This document shows positions 46,179 through 59,195 of a stretch of DNA of 64,000 bases, piece after piece. Source of the DNA: Candidatus Aminicenantes bacterium. GTDB taxonomy: Bacteria; Acidobacteriota; Aminicenantia; Aminicenantales; Saccharicenantaceae. Where the stretch lies: contig CAVRDU010000005.1 of the NCBI GenBank assembly GCA_963719985.1, positions 1,156,432 to 1,220,431 of the forward strand. Direction: 5' to 3'. The notes below the pieces were generated by a model. It was not told where the DNA came from. It saw only the letters and a program-made list of their open reading frames with translations, and searched no databases. The first letter of the stretch is position 1; each line of letters begins with the position of its first letter. The position numbers were made by a program, and so were the translations under genes.

Positions 46179-46324
46179 CCCGGCCGCGGAGGGGCCTCGG
46201 GGATCCGCTCCGTTCGCTGCGGCCATTCTTCACGCCGTCCCGGTCCGGAGCCCCTTCTTAGGTCTCCGTCCCGATGACGGCTAAATGGCCGCTTTATGCT
46301 CACACCGGGATGCCCCTCAACCCC

Positions 46325-46600
46325 TCATCCGCGGCCTCGTCGATTTGTCGTTTTTCCGAGGGAGGCCGCCCCAAGTGGCGAGGAGGTCAGTCGAATCCGG
46401 TGTAGGGAGAGTTTAGGCGGGCCGCGTGGCGGACGAGGGCAGTTTGCCTGCAAACCGCCAAAACGTGTTTGAGCGAGGCTTAGCGCAAGCCGAACGAGTT
46501 GTTTTGGCGCCGAGTCCGGCGCACGGACCGGCGTCAAGAACTCTCCCGGCCGGGGAGGCTGACCTCCGAACCGCTCAGCGGCCTCCCTCGCTACTAAAAA
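46325..46600 (-). repeat. Copy B (inverted orientation) of the structured element seen at 25288-25555; candidate ncRNA transcribed on the minus strand
   Basis: The reverse complement aligns to copy A at about 90% identity over roughly 205 nt, with further similarity in the flanks. It sits between jag and mnmE, divergent from the mnmE promoter. Confidence 0.55.
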
Positions 46601-46629
46601 TAGTATGCAGTCGAACTGATCGACGGCTA

Positions 46630-46658
46630 TTGTCAACGGGGACGGCGTCCCTTAGAAT
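46630..46658 (+). promoter_or_regulatory. Sigma70-like promoter for mnmE (TTGTCA, 17-nt spacer, TAGAAT)
   Basis: The -35 element lies at 46630-46635 and the -10 element at 46653-46658. This implies that the real mnmE start is the ATG at 46683. Confidence 0.45.
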
Positions 46659-46682
46659 GGATTGCCAGACGACAGTACGCCC

Positions 46683-48053
46683 ATGCTCGAAGACACGATC
46701 ATCGCCATAGCGACGCCGCCGGGGTTCGGCGGGCTGGGCGTCGTCCGGATAAGCGGCCCGAAGGCGCTGGCCGTGGCCGGGCGCGTATTCGAGGCCAAGC
46801 GGGCGGTGAAGAGACCCTTCCCGGTAGGGCGGCCGGTCTTCGGGACCATCCGTGACCCGGAGAGGGATTCGGCCCTCGACGAAGCTTTTTTGACCTATTT
46901 CAAGGCGCCCCGGTCTTATACGCGGGAGGACGTCGTCGAGCTCAGCGCCCACGGCAGCCCGGCGGTCCTCGAGACGATCCTCCGGGGTGGCGCGAAGGCC
47001 GGCGCCCGCATCGCTCGGCCAGGGGAATTCACCCTCAGGGCCCACCTGAACGGCCGCCTGGACATCATCCAAGCCGAGGCCGTCAACGACCTCATCCGGG
47101 CCGTTTCCCTGCCTCAGGCGCGAATATCGTACGGCCAGCTCGGCGGCAGCCTATCGCGCCGGGTCGCGGGCCTGCGCGGCCGGCTGGTCGCGCTGCTCGC
47201 GGCGGTCGAGGCCGGACTGGAGTTCCCCGAGGAGGGCCTCCGGTCGGACCCCCGGACCTGGAGGCGCTCTCTCGCCTCGGTCATCTCCGACATCGAGCGT
47301 CTCGTCGTGAGCCACGAGGCGGGTCGGGCCCTCGGCCTGGGTGTCACGCTGGCCATAGCCGGCCGGACCAACGTCGGAAAATCGACCTTGTTCAACGCCC
47401 TCCTCGAGGAGGACCGGGCCATAGTCACGCCGTTCCCGGGAACGACCAGGGATTTCCTGCGGGAGCGGTTGGTCATCGACGGCTTCATCTTCAATCTGGT
47501 GGACATGGCCGGACTGGGGCGGGCCGCCCACCCTGTCGAAAAGCGCGGGGTCGCCAGGGGCCGGAGGCTCGCCGGACAGGCGGACGGCCTGATCGTCGTC
47601 TTCGACGCCTCGAGAAGATGGAGCGGCGAGGACGAAGAGCTCGTGTGGCGCTTCCGTAGGAAGAGAGCCGTTTTCGTTCTGAACAAGTCCGACCTGCCGG
47701 CAAAGACCGACAGGGAGAAGCTCCGCGAGGTCGCCGGCGAGAGCCCGGCCGTCGAGGTCTCCGCGCTCAGGGGAAAGAACATCGGCGCCCTCCGCGAGGC
47801 CATCCGGGTCCACTTCGTCCCCCGGACCCCGGCCGAGGAAGAGACGATCGTACACGCCCGCCAGAAGGACCGCCTCGAGGAGGCCCTGGAAGCCCTGCGC
47901 CGGGCGGACACCCTCCTGGCCAGGCGGCATTCCGAGGAGGTCCCGGCCGAGGAGATCCGGGCCGCCATCGGCTTCATCTGCGAGCTCACCGGGGAGGTCC
48001 GGGCCGAGGAGGTCCTGGACGAGATCTTCGGCCGCTTCTGCGTCGGTAAATAG
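46683..48053 (+). CDS. mnmE: tRNA modification GTPase MnmE (TrmE)
   Basis: The N-terminus reads [22 protein letters not shown], the G-domain has [12 protein letters not shown] and DMAGL, and the C-terminus ends in CVGK. Confidence 0.93.
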   Translation: MLEDTIIAIATPPGFGGLGVVRISGPKALAVAGRVFEAKRAVKRPFPVGRPVFGTIRDPERDSALDEAFLTYFKAPRSYTREDVVELSAHGSPAVLETILRGGAKAGARIARPGEFTLRAHLNGRLDIIQAEAVNDLIRAVSLPQARISYGQLGGSLSRRVAGLRGRLVALLAAVEAGLEFPEEGLRSDPRTWRRSLASVISDIERLVVSHEAGRALGLGVTLAIAGRTNVGKSTLFNALLEEDRAIVTPFPGTTRDFLRERLVIDGFIFNLVDMAGLGRAAHPVEKRGVARGRRLAGQADGLIVVFDASRRWSGEDEELVWRFRRKRAVFVLNKSDLPAKTDREKLREVAGESPAVEVSALRGKNIGALREAIRVHFVPRTPAEEETIVHARQKDRLEEALEALRRADTLLARRHSEEVPAEEIRAAIGFICELTGEVRAEEVLDEIFGRFCVGK

Positions 48054-48060
48054 GGACGAT

Positions 48061-49938
48061 ATGGCCAGTAGAAATGGCTTCGATATCGTCGTCGTCGGGG
48101 CCGGCCACGCCGGCTGCGAGGCGGCCGCGGCTGCGACGGCCCTAGGGCTGCGGACCTGCCTTGTGACCATCCATCTCGAGACGATCGCCCAGATGTCCTG
48201 CAATCCGGCCATCGGCGGTCTGGCCAAGGGCCATCTCGTCCGGGAGATAGACGCTTTGGGTGGCCTGATGGGCGTCCTGGCCGACGAGACCGGCATCCAG
48301 TTCCGCCTGTTGAACAGGAGCCGGGGCGGGGCCGTCCAAGCCCCCCGGGCCCAGTGCGACAAGGCGGCCTACAGGTTGGCGATGAAGCATCGCCTCGAGA
48401 AGCTGGCTGGATTGACGGTCTTTCAAGGCATCGTCGCCGAAGTTGTCGTCAAAAAGGGCGCGGCCGCGGGTGTCCGGACGATAGATGGGATGACGATCCC
48501 GGCCAAGGCCGTGATCCTTACGCCCGGGACCTTCCTCAACGGCCTGATCCACATCGGTCTCGGCAGCTATCCGGCAGGCAGGGCGAACGAACCCCCGTCG
48601 GTCGACCTCGCGGACCAGCTCAAGAAACTCGATCTGAGGGTTTTCCGCCTGAAAACGGGCACGCCGATGCGCCTCGACAGGGAAACGATCGACTGGGCGG
48701 CGTTCACCCCACAACCGGGGGACGAAGATCCCGTGCCTTTCTCCTATCGGACGCGCGGCCCCCTTCACAACAAGGTCCTCTGCCATCTCGGCTACACCAA
48801 CGCCGCCACTCACGCCGTGATCAGGCGGAATCTCGACAAGTCCCCGCTTTACGGGGGCCGGATCAAAGGGATCGGGCCCCGGTACTGCCCTTCGATCGAG
48901 GACAAGGTGGTCAAGTTCCCGGAACGGGCCCGCCACCAGTTCTTCCTCGAGCCGGAGGGGACCGAGACTACTGAGGTTTATGCCAACGGCCTGTCCTCGA
49001 GCCTGCCCTACGAGGTCCAGCGGGAGCTCCTGGACACGATACCCGGGCTCGAGAAGGCCAAGATCCTGAGGCCGGCCTACGGCATCGAATACGACGCCGT
49101 CTCCCCCACCGAGCTTTTTCCCACGCTCGAGACACGAAAGATCAAGCGGCTCTATCTGGCCGGCCAGATCAACGGAACCTCCGGATATGAGGAGGCGGCC
49201 GCCCAGGGGCTCATGGCCGGGATCAACGCCGCCCTGGCCATCGAGAAGCGGCCGCCCTTCGTCCTGCGCCGGGACGAAGCGTATATCGGCGTCCTCATCG
49301 ACGACCTCGTTTCAACGGGCGTCGATGAGCCATATCGGCTGTTCACCTCGAGGGCGGAATACCGGCTGCTGCTGAGGATCGACAACGCCGACCGCCGCCT
49401 GATGGGCCACGGAAGGGAGCTGGGACTCATCCCCGATGCCCTATGGGCCGGATTCAGGGAGAAACAGGACCGGATCGAAAGGGCCTCGGTCTTTCTAAGG
49501 AAAACCCGCATAAAGACCGATTCGGGCGACCGCGTGACTTTGGCGGAGCACTTAAAAAAACCTGAAATAGGCCTTAGGGATGTGCTAGAATGGGGCAAGT
49601 TCCCAGGCGGGCTGAGCGAAGAAGAAGCGAGATTCCTCGAGTCGGAAACGAAATACGAAGGATATATCAGGAAACAGGAACGGGAGATCGCCAAGGCCGT
49701 GAGGACCGATTCTCTGAAGATCCCGGGCGGATTCGATTTCGGCAGGGTCCCCGGCTTGACCAGGGAAGTGACCGAGAAGCTCGAAAAGAGGAGACCGTCG
49801 AGCCTGGGCGAAGCCAGGAAGATCCCCGGGGTGACCCCGGCCGCGGTCCAGAACGTTGGGCTTTACCTCGAGATATGGCGAAGAAAGAGAGAGCCGAAGC
49901 CCCCGGTTCCACGTGAAACAGGGTCTGACGATGAATAA
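48061..49938 (+). CDS. mnmG: tRNA uridine 5-carboxymethylaminomethyl modification enzyme MnmG (GidA)
   Basis: It has an FAD-binding N-terminus ([15 protein letters not shown]) and is 625 aa. Confidence 0.95.
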   Translation: MASRNGFDIVVVGAGHAGCEAAAAATALGLRTCLVTIHLETIAQMSCNPAIGGLAKGHLVREIDALGGLMGVLADETGIQFRLLNRSRGGAVQAPRAQCDKAAYRLAMKHRLEKLAGLTVFQGIVAEVVVKKGAAAGVRTIDGMTIPAKAVILTPGTFLNGLIHIGLGSYPAGRANEPPSVDLADQLKKLDLRVFRLKTGTPMRLDRETIDWAAFTPQPGDEDPVPFSYRTRGPLHNKVLCHLGYTNAATHAVIRRNLDKSPLYGGRIKGIGPRYCPSIEDKVVKFPERARHQFFLEPEGTETTEVYANGLSSSLPYEVQRELLDTIPGLEKAKILRPAYGIEYDAVSPTELFPTLETRKIKRLYLAGQINGTSGYEEAAAQGLMAGINAALAIEKRPPFVLRRDEAYIGVLIDDLVSTGVDEPYRLFTSRAEYRLLLRIDNADRRLMGHGRELGLIPDALWAGFREKQDRIERASVFLRKTRIKTDSGDRVTLAEHLKKPEIGLRDVLEWGKFPGGLSEEEARFLESETKYEGYIRKQEREIAKAVRTDSLKIPGGFDFGRVPGLTREVTEKLEKRRPSSLGEARKIPGVTPAAVQNVGLYLEIWRRKREPKPPVPRETGSDDE

Positions 49939-50686
49939 GATCATCGCTGTCGCCAATCAGAAGGGCGGCGTCGGGAAGACGACGACGGCCATCAACCTGG
50001 CCGCATCCCTGGCCCTCAAGAACCGGCGGACGCTCCTCATCGACTTGGACCCGCAAGGCATGTCGACCCTGGGGCTGGCCAAGCCCAAGGAAGCCGGCAA
50101 GGGGATCTATCAGGCCATGATGAACGGCCGGAACCTCATGGACTGCATTGTGGGGACCGAGCTCGAAAATTTCTATCTCTCCCCCTGTTCGCCCGAGCTC
50201 TCCGGGGTCGAGGCCGAGCTCTACGCGTCCGAGCGCAGGGAGAAGCGGCTCGTCGACGCCGTCGAAAAGGCGCGCCGGTACTTCAATTTCATCCTGATCG
50301 ATTGTCCGCCTTCGCTTGGCTTCCTGACGATCAACGCGCTTTCCGCGGCGGATTCCCTGGTCATCCCCGTCCAAACGGAGTTCTTCTGCATGGAAGGCAT
50401 CCCCGACCTCTTCCAGGCTCTCGAGACGGTCCGGACCTACTTCAACCCCAGGCTGGCCATCGAAGGGATCCTGCTGACCATGTTCGACGAGCGGACGAAC
50501 CTCTCCAAACAGGTCGCCGAGGAGATCCGCAAATCCTTGAAGCACATCATGTTCGACGCCGTCATCCCGAGAAGCGTCCGCTTGGCCGAGGCGCCGAGCT
50601 TCGGCAAGCCCATCGTCCTCTACGACATCAAGTCCAAAGGGGCCGAAGCCTATCTCAATCTGGCCGAGGAGATCATCCGCCGATGA
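49931..50686 (+). CDS. parA: Chromosome partitioning ATPase ParA (Soj)
   Basis: It has the deviant Walker A motif KGGVGKTTT and is 251 aa. Confidence 0.93.
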   Translation: MNKIIAVANQKGGVGKTTTAINLAASLALKNRRTLLIDLDPQGMSTLGLAKPKEAGKGIYQAMMNGRNLMDCIVGTELENFYLSPCSPELSGVEAELYASERREKRLVDAVEKARRYFNFILIDCPPSLGFLTINALSAADSLVIPVQTEFFCMEGIPDLFQALETVRTYFNPRLAIEGILLTMFDERTNLSKQVAEEIRKSLKHIMFDAVIPRSVRLAEAPSFGKPIVLYDIKSKGAEAYLNLAEEIIRR

Positions 50687-51531
50687 GCAAGAAAGCCCTG
50701 GGAAAAGGTCTGGGGGCGTTCATCCCCGAGGAGTTCAGCATCCTGAAGGACGAGAGGTTCGCCGAACTCGACCTCGAGGACGTCAAGCCCAATCCCTTTC
50801 AACCGAGGATGAAGTTCGACGACAAAACCATCGAGGAGTTGGCCCAATCGATCCGGGAGACAGGAATAGTGCAGCCGGTCATCGTGGCCCCCGAGGAAGA
50901 CCACTACAAGATCATCGTCGGAGAAAGGCGGTGGAGGGCCGCCCAGAAGGCCGGCCTGCGCAAGATCCCCGTCCTCATCCGGAACATCCCCAAGGAGAAA
51001 CAGCTCGAGGTCTCGCTCATCGAGAACATCCATCGCGAAGAGCTCAACGCCTTGGAGATCGCCCAGGCCTATCAGCGGCTCATCGACGACCACGGCTACG
51101 CCCAGCACGAGCTGGCCGACAAGGTCGGCAAGGACAGGAGCTCGGTAGCGAACTACCTCCGGCTCCTCAAGCTGCCCCAGGAGATCCAGGACCGCCTGAC
51201 GGGCGGCGAGATCACCATGGGGCACGCCCGGGCCCTTCTCGCTTTGGAGGACACGGCGACGCAGCTCTACTGCTGCCGTCAGATCATCGACCGCAGCCTG
51301 TCCGTCCGCAACGCCGAGGCCCTGGTCAATCGGCTCAAGAAAAGGGCCCCGAGGACGCAGAGGAGCCTCTCCGATCCAGACCTCCACGCCCTGCAGGAAG
51401 AGATGCTCAAGATCCTGGGGACGAAAGTCCTGGTCGCGGGCAGCCGAAGCAAAGGCGTCGTCAAGATATTTTATTTCTCGCTGGACGACCTCAACCGGAT
51501 CTATGACCGGATCAAAGGAGAAAGCCCATGA
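50683..51531 (+). CDS. parB: Chromosome partitioning protein ParB (Spo0J)
   Basis: The ParB box (IVGERRWRAAQKAGL) and an HTH are present. Confidence 0.93.
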   Translation: MSKKALGKGLGAFIPEEFSILKDERFAELDLEDVKPNPFQPRMKFDDKTIEELAQSIRETGIVQPVIVAPEEDHYKIIVGERRWRAAQKAGLRKIPVLIRNIPKEKQLEVSLIENIHREELNALEIAQAYQRLIDDHGYAQHELADKVGKDRSSVANYLRLLKLPQEIQDRLTGGEITMGHARALLALEDTATQLYCCRQIIDRSLSVRNAEALVNRLKKRAPRTQRSLSDPDLHALQEEMLKILGTKVLVAGSRSKGVVKIFYFSLDDLNRIYDRIKGESP

Positions 51532-51923
51532 AAGACAGGCCGCGGGAGCTCAACGAGACCAAGCTGGCCGGACTGATCGACATGGAGTCGGAGTTCAACG
51601 GCGATCTCACCTTCAGGGGATCGTTCCGGATCGAGGGGAGCTTCAAGGGCACGATCAACTCGGACTCCCTGCTCGTCGTCGGCGAGCGGGGCAAGGTCGA
51701 GGCCGACGTCAAAGTCGGCCAGCTCGTCATCAACGGCGAGATCCGCGGCACCCTCCAGGCCGCCGAAAGGATCGAGGTCCACAACAAGGGCCGCGTCTTC
51801 GGGACGCTTCTCACGCCGACTCTCGTCGTCGAAGAGGGGGCCTATCTCGAAGCGAGCTGCCAGACCAAGGGCGCGGCCAAGCCGTCGGCCGCGCCGCCGG
51901 CCAAGGAGCCGGGTCAGTCCTGA
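51528..51923 (+). CDS. Bactofilin (DUF583 polymer-forming cytoskeletal protein)
   Basis: It has the repetitive beta-helical pattern of bactofilins ([46 protein letters not shown]). Confidence 0.8.
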   Translation: MKDRPRELNETKLAGLIDMESEFNGDLTFRGSFRIEGSFKGTINSDSLLVVGERGKVEADVKVGQLVINGEIRGTLQAAERIEVHNKGRVFGTLLTPTLVVEEGAYLEASCQTKGAAKPSAAPPAKEPGQS

Positions 51924-51974
51924 GTCGTTCATCTTCTCGGCTGCGCAACGGATATCGCTCACTGCTTTTCTCCG

Positions 51975-52003
51975 CTTGAGCCCGGCGCGGCGGCGGGATA
52001 TAA
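51975..52003 (+). promoter_or_regulatory. Sigma70-like promoter for pyrG (TTGAGC, 17-nt spacer, TATAAT) with a GC-rich discriminator
   Basis: The -35 element TTGAGC lies at 51975-51980 and the -10 element TATAAT at 51998-52003, followed by CGGGGCG. Confidence 0.5.
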
Positions 52004-52035
52004 TCGGGGCGAATCGATCCAAGGACCTTACGTTC

Positions 52036-53678
<1,643 letters not shown>

Positions 53679-53699
53679 CTCCCGGCCAAGGAGGAAGAC

Positions 53700-55067
53700 G
53701 TGGACATCAACGCCAAGATCTTCCGGGAATACGACATCCGCGGCATCGTCGGCCAGGACCTGGACGAAGAGGCCGTCGAGGTCCTCGGCCGGGCCATGGG
53801 CACGTTCTTCCTCGGCCGCGGCCAGAAGACGGTCTCTCTCGGCCAGGACTGCCGCCTGAGCTCGCCCGGCTTCGCCCGGGCCCTGACGACAGGCCTTCTT
53901 TCCACGGGCTGCGACGTCGCGCCGCTCGGCGTCGTCCCCACGCCGCTCCTCTACTTCTCCGTGTTCCACAAGGGGATGCCGGCCGGGGTCATGATCACCG
54001 GATCGCACAATCCGCCCGAGCACAACGGCTTCAAGATGATGTCCGGCCACGACACGCTCTACGGCAAGACGATCCAGGCCCTCTACGAGATCGTCCGCAA
54101 GGGCGTCTTCCCGAGGGGCGAGGGCCGGGTCGTGCCGCTCGACGTCGTGCCCGAATACATGGACTACGTCGCCGCGAACGTCAGCTTCGCCCGGCCTGTC
54201 AAGGTCGTCGTCGACTCGGGCAACGGCACGGGCGGGGCCGTGGCCGTGCCGCTCTTGCGGCGGATGGGCGCCGAGGTCATCGACATCTTCACCGAGCCGG
54301 ACGGCCGGTTCCCCAACCACCATCCGGATCCGACGCTCCCCGAGGCCATGGAGAAGCTCATCGCCAAGGTCCGCGAGAGCCGGGCCGAGCTCGGCATCGC
54401 CTATGACGGCGACGCCGACCGGATCGGCGTCGTCGACGACGAGGGCCGGATCATCTGGGGCGACCAGCTCCTCATCGTCTTCGCCCGGGACATCCTGCCG
54501 TCGCGCCCCGGCGCCGCCGTCATCTCGGAGGTCAAGGCCTCCCAGGTGCTCTACGACGAGGTCGCCAGGCTCGGCGGGAAGCCGATCATGTGGCGGACGG
54601 GCCACTCGCTGATCAAGAAGAAGATCAAGGAGGAGGACGCGCCGCTCGCCGGGGAGATGAGCGGGCATATCTTCTTCAACGACCGCTGGTTCGGCTTCGA
54701 CGACGCCATCTACGCCTCGGCCCGGCTGCTCGAGATCCTGTCCCGCTCGAAGGACAGGCTGTCGACGATGATGGCCGGGCTGCCCAAGACCTATTCGACC
54801 CCGGAGATCCGCATCTACGCCTCCGACGAGGTCAAGTTCAAGATCGTCGACGAGGTCCGCCGCGAGCTCGCCGCCCGCGTCCCGGTCATCGACATCGACG
54901 GCGTCCGGGCCAACTTCCCCAAGGGCTGGGGCCTCGTCCGGGCCTCGAACACCCAGGCCGTCATCGTCATGCGCTTCGAGGCCGCGACCGAAGCCGACCT
55001 GGCCGCGATCCAGAAGGAGGTCCGGGGCGTTCTCCAGAAGGTCATCAACCGGCTCGGGGCGGCATGA
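53700..55067 (+). CDS. Phosphomannomutase/phosphoglucomutase
   Basis: It has the active-site TGSHNPPEHNGFK motif and is 455 aa. Confidence 0.9.
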   Translation: MDINAKIFREYDIRGIVGQDLDEEAVEVLGRAMGTFFLGRGQKTVSLGQDCRLSSPGFARALTTGLLSTGCDVAPLGVVPTPLLYFSVFHKGMPAGVMITGSHNPPEHNGFKMMSGHDTLYGKTIQALYEIVRKGVFPRGEGRVVPLDVVPEYMDYVAANVSFARPVKVVVDSGNGTGGAVAVPLLRRMGAEVIDIFTEPDGRFPNHHPDPTLPEAMEKLIAKVRESRAELGIAYDGDADRIGVVDDEGRIIWGDQLLIVFARDILPSRPGAAVISEVKASQVLYDEVARLGGKPIMWRTGHSLIKKKIKEEDAPLAGEMSGHIFFNDRWFGFDDAIYASARLLEILSRSKDRLSTMMAGLPKTYSTPEIRIYASDEVKFKIVDEVRRELAARVPVIDIDGVRANFPKGWGLVRASNTQAVIVMRFEAATEADLAAIQKEVRGVLQKVINRLGAA

Positions 55068-56152
55068 AGGCGCGGGACGTTCGGGCCGTCATCCTGGCCG
55101 GGGGCCGGGGCACGCGGTTCTGGCCCCTGGGCCGGGAGTCCAGGCCGAAGCAGTTCCTCCGCATCGCCGGCCGCGATCCCATGGTCGTCGAGACCGTCCG
55201 CCGCATCCGGCCGCTCGTCCCGTCCCGGCGGGTGACGCTCGTTGCCGATGCCGCCCAGACCCGCCTGGCCCGAAAGCTCCTGCCGCGCCTTCCCAAGTCG
55301 AGCTTTCTCGTCGAGCCCCTGGCCCGCAACACGGCCCCGGCGCTCATGCTGGCGACGGCCCGCGTCTGGCTCGACGATCCCGAGGCCGTCGTGGCCGTGC
55401 TGCCCGCCGATCACCTCATCCGTGACGAACCGCGGTTCCTGCGGGCGCTCCGGGCCGCCGTCGAGGCGGCCGCGCGCGAGGACGCCCTGGTCACCTTCGG
55501 CATCCCGCCGACCTATCCCGCGACGGGATACGGATACATCCGCCACGACCGGGACAAGGGCCGCCGGATCGGCGGGGCCGTCTTCTATCCCGTCAGAGCG
55601 TTCAAAGAGAAACCGAACCTGGCCCAGGCCGACGAATACCTGGCCTCAGGCGACTACGCCTGGAACTCCGGCATGTTCGTCTGGCGGGCCGAGGTCTTCG
55701 CCGAGACGCTGGCCGTCTCGGCCCCCGAGCTCAGGCCGGCCTGGAACGCGATGGTCAAGGCCCTGCGCTCGGGCGGGGCGCCGAAGCTTCGGGCGGCCTT
55801 CGCCCTGGCCCCGGCCCTGTCCATCGACTACGCCCTCATGGAAAAGGCCCGCCGGGTCCTCGTCGCCGACGGGAACTTCGGCTGGTCGGACGTCGGCGCC
55901 TGGTCGACGCTCCTCGAGGTCTGGCCCCGGGACCGCGACGGCAACGCCGTCCGAGGCGAGACGCTGGCCGTCGACGCCAAGAACTGCCTCGTCTGGAACC
56001 CGGGCCGGCTGACGGCGCTCGTCGGCGTCCGCGACCTCATCGTCGTCGACACCGGGGACGCCCTGCTCGTCTGCGACGCGGCCCTCGACCAGAGGGTCAA
56101 AGAGGTCGTCGAAGCCCTGAAGAGAAAGAAAAAGCTCGGGAGATACGTCTAA
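55064..56152 (+). CDS. Mannose-1-phosphate guanylyltransferase
   Basis: The N-terminus carries the nucleotidyltransferase motif ILAGGRGTRFWPL. It is 362 aa. Confidence 0.88.
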   Translation: MKARDVRAVILAGGRGTRFWPLGRESRPKQFLRIAGRDPMVVETVRRIRPLVPSRRVTLVADAAQTRLARKLLPRLPKSSFLVEPLARNTAPALMLATARVWLDDPEAVVAVLPADHLIRDEPRFLRALRAAVEAAAREDALVTFGIPPTYPATGYGYIRHDRDKGRRIGGAVFYPVRAFKEKPNLAQADEYLASGDYAWNSGMFVWRAEVFAETLAVSAPELRPAWNAMVKALRSGGAPKLRAAFALAPALSIDYALMEKARRVLVADGNFGWSDVGAWSTLLEVWPRDRDGNAVRGETLAVDAKNCLVWNPGRLTALVGVRDLIVVDTGDALLVCDAALDQRVKEVVEALKRKKKLGRYV

Positions 56153-56180
56153 AACCCAGAATCCCTAGGAGGTGCCGGAG

Positions 56181-57702
56181 ATGAAAAAGCGTATCCTGGT
56201 TCTCGCCCTGGCGGCGGCCGTCGTCGCGGCCTTCGCCCTGGCCGGCGACGTCACCCTGGACGTCAAGGAACATGTGCTCGGGAACGGCATGAAGATCCTG
56301 ATGATCCCCAAGCCGGGCGTCCCCCGCGTCGTCTGTCACATCTACTTCAAGGTCGGCTCGATCAACGAGCGCCCGGGCATCACCGGGAGCGCCCACGTCC
56401 ACGAACACCTGATGTTCAAGGGCACCGAGGTCATGGGAGTCACGGACTACGCCGCGGAATCCAGGATCGACGCCGAGATCGACAAGCTGATGGGCCAGAT
56501 CTACCGCGAGCGGTTCTGGAAGGGGAACGGACGACGAGGCCAAGATCGCGGCCTGGCAGAAGAAGGTCGACGAGCTGGTCCAGGCCCAGAAGGCCTACAT
56601 CATCAAGGACGACCTCTGGACCCAGTACATGAAGAACGGCGGCACCGGCCTCAACGCCTCGACCAGCCAGGAGACGACCGGCTACTACGTCACCCTGCCC
56701 TCGAACAAGGTCGAGCTCCAGATGCTGATGGAGTCCGACCGGATGATGAACGCCCGCTTCCGCGAGTTCTACTCCGAGAAGGACGTCATCATGGAGGAGA
56801 GGCGCCTCAGCGAGAACCAGCCCGGCTTCTTCTTCAGCGAACAGGTCCAGGCCGCCTTCTACACGGCCTCGCCCTACCACTGGGGCGTCATCGGCTGGAT
56901 GGACGATCTCAGAAAGATGACGAAGGAGGACCTCGTCGCGTTCCACGACACCTACTACGTCCCGAACAACGCCGTGGCCATCTACGTCGGCGACTTCGAT
57001 CCCGCGGCGATCACGGCCATGGCCGAGAAGTACTTCGGCCGCATCCCCAAGGGCCCGGACCTCGAGCCCGTCCGGACGGGCGTCCCGGCCCAGTTCAGCG
57101 AGAAGAGGTTCTACGGCGAGGGACCGGCGCCGACGAGCCTGCAGATGATGTTCCACATCCCGCCGGACGGCGACCCGGACACGGCCGCCCTCGGTGTCCT
57201 GGCCAGCACGCTGGGGTCGGGCGGAGGCGGCGGCTTCCGCGGTGGCCGGGGCGGCGGCGGCGGATCGGGCCGGCTTTACAACAGCCTCGTCCGCGACAAA
57301 CAGCTGGCCGTCAGCGCCTCGGCCTCGAGCCGGGCCCAGTGGTACGTCGGCGCGTTCCAGTTCAGCGCGACGCCGCGCTTGGACAAGGGTGTCAAGCCCG
57401 AGGACCTGGAGAAGGAGATCTGGGCCGAGATCGAGAAGGTCAAGAAAGAGGGCCTGACCGACGAAGAGATCCAGATGGCCAAGAACAGAGGCGAGGCCGC
57501 CTTCATCCGTAGTCTGGCCAGCGCTTCGGGCCTGGCCAGCCGGGTCGGCCGGGCCGACCTCATGCGCGGCTGGCGGTCCATCCTGACCGACCTCGAGGAC
57601 CTCCAGAAGGTCACGACCGACGACATCAAACGGGTCGCGGCTAAGTACTTCGTCAAGGACAACAGCCTGGCGGCCATCTATACCCGGAAATCGGGCCGGT
57701 AA
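56181..57702 (+). CDS. M16-family zinc peptidase (active HxxEH subunit); one +1 frameshift near 56527, likely an assembly indel
   Basis: It has a signal peptide and the HVHEHLMFKGT zinc motif. An extra G in WKGG shifts the frame. The downstream part is recovered in the ORF that starts at 56629. Confidence 0.85.
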
Positions 57703-57712
57703 GGAGGACGAC

Positions 57713-59179
57713 ATGAAAAAGACCGTCATCGCCATCCTGGCGCTCGCCTTCGTCTGCGCCGGCCTGGGCTTCGGCCAGGCTAAACATCCCTCCGAGCTCA
57801 AATACCCGGCCCTCAAGTACGATCCGCCCGATCCGAAGGAGTTCCGGACCGTTTACGCCGGCGGGCTCCGCGCGTATGTCCAAGAGGACCGCGACCTCCC
57901 TCTCTTCAACATCACGGCCATCGTCAATTGCGGGGACCTCAATATCCCCAAGGAAAAAGCCGGGTTGGGGACCGTCCTCGGCGACCAGCTGATCAAGGGA
58001 GGGACCGGGACGCGCGAAGGCTCGACCATTCAGGAGAGGCTCGATTTCCTCGGCGGCTCGCTCAGCTTCAATGTGGGCGAGAGGACCTCGACCCTGAGCT
58101 TATCGGTCCTGAGCAAGGACTTCGACGAGGGCCTGGCCCTCTTCTTCGACGTCCTCAGGAACCCGGCTTTCCGCGAGGAGCCGCTGCAGCTGGCCAAGGC
58201 CCGGTTCGTCGAACAGCTCCGGCAGGCCAACGACAACCCCGGCACGGTGCTCAGCCGGGAATACGAGAAGCTCCTCTACGGGGACAACGTCCTGACCTGG
58301 CAGCCGACCAAGGCCACGTACGAGGGCATAACGGCGGGCAACCTCAAGGCCTTCCATCTTCACTACTTCTTCCCCGAGAACATCATCCTGGCTGCTTCAG
58401 GCGATTTCTCCAAGGCCGACCTCAAGGCCAAGATCAATAAGATCGCCGCCAGCTGGAAGAATACGAAGGCCCTTCCCCCCGCCCTGCCGAAGAGCTTCCC
58501 CGAGTCCGAGCCGGGCGTCTACTTCATCCAGAAGGCCATCAACCAGGGCTATATCAGCCTGGGCCATCTCGGCCTCGAGGACACGAGCCCCGATTACTTC
58601 GCCGTCCAGGTCATGAACTTCATTCTCGGCGGCGGCAGCTTCACCTCGCGGATCACGACCAAGGTCCGATCGGACGAGGGGCTGTCCTACAGCCAGGGCA
58701 GCCGGTTCAGCTATCGCTGGGGCTTCCCGGGCACGTTCTCCGGCTACGTCCAGACGAAATCGTCGACCGTCGGCTACGCCATCTCGCTCATCCTGGCCGA
58801 GTTCGACCGCATCCGCAAGGAGCCGGTGTCGGACGCCGAGATGGAAACGGCCATCAACTACTATCTCGAGAGCTTCGCCGACGGCTTCCAATCGCCGCTC
58901 CAGACCATGATGAGCTTCGCCAACCTGGAGATGACCGGCAAGCCGATGGACTACTACAAGACCTACCGGTCGAAGATCCAGGCCGTCACCAAGGCCCGGA
59001 TCCAGGAGGTGGCGCGGAAATACATCCGCCCGGACAAGGCCGTCATTTCGATCGTCGGCGACTTCGAGCCTTGTAACAAGGGAGGGGACAAGTGGGCCGG
59101 TCCGCTCGAAAGACTGGGCAAGCTCCACCGGATCAGCCTGACCGACCCGATGACCGGACAGGAGATCAAGACCCCGTAG
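57713..59179 (+). CDS. M16-family peptidase-like protein (no HxxEH; probable non-catalytic partner subunit)
   Basis: It has a signal peptide and an M16 fold-like sequence. It is 488 aa. Confidence 0.8.
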   Translation: MKKTVIAILALAFVCAGLGFGQAKHPSELKYPALKYDPPDPKEFRTVYAGGLRAYVQEDRDLPLFNITAIVNCGDLNIPKEKAGLGTVLGDQLIKGGTGTREGSTIQERLDFLGGSLSFNVGERTSTLSLSVLSKDFDEGLALFFDVLRNPAFREEPLQLAKARFVEQLRQANDNPGTVLSREYEKLLYGDNVLTWQPTKATYEGITAGNLKAFHLHYFFPENIILAASGDFSKADLKAKINKIAASWKNTKALPPALPKSFPESEPGVYFIQKAINQGYISLGHLGLEDTSPDYFAVQVMNFILGGGSFTSRITTKVRSDEGLSYSQGSRFSYRWGFPGTFSGYVQTKSSTVGYAISLILAEFDRIRKEPVSDAEMETAINYYLESFADGFQSPLQTMMSFANLEMTGKPMDYYKTYRSKIQAVTKARIQEVARKYIRPDKAVISIVGDFEPCNKGGDKWAGPLERLGKLHRISLTDPMTGQEIKTP

Positions 59180-59195
59180 CTCTCATAGAGAACAA

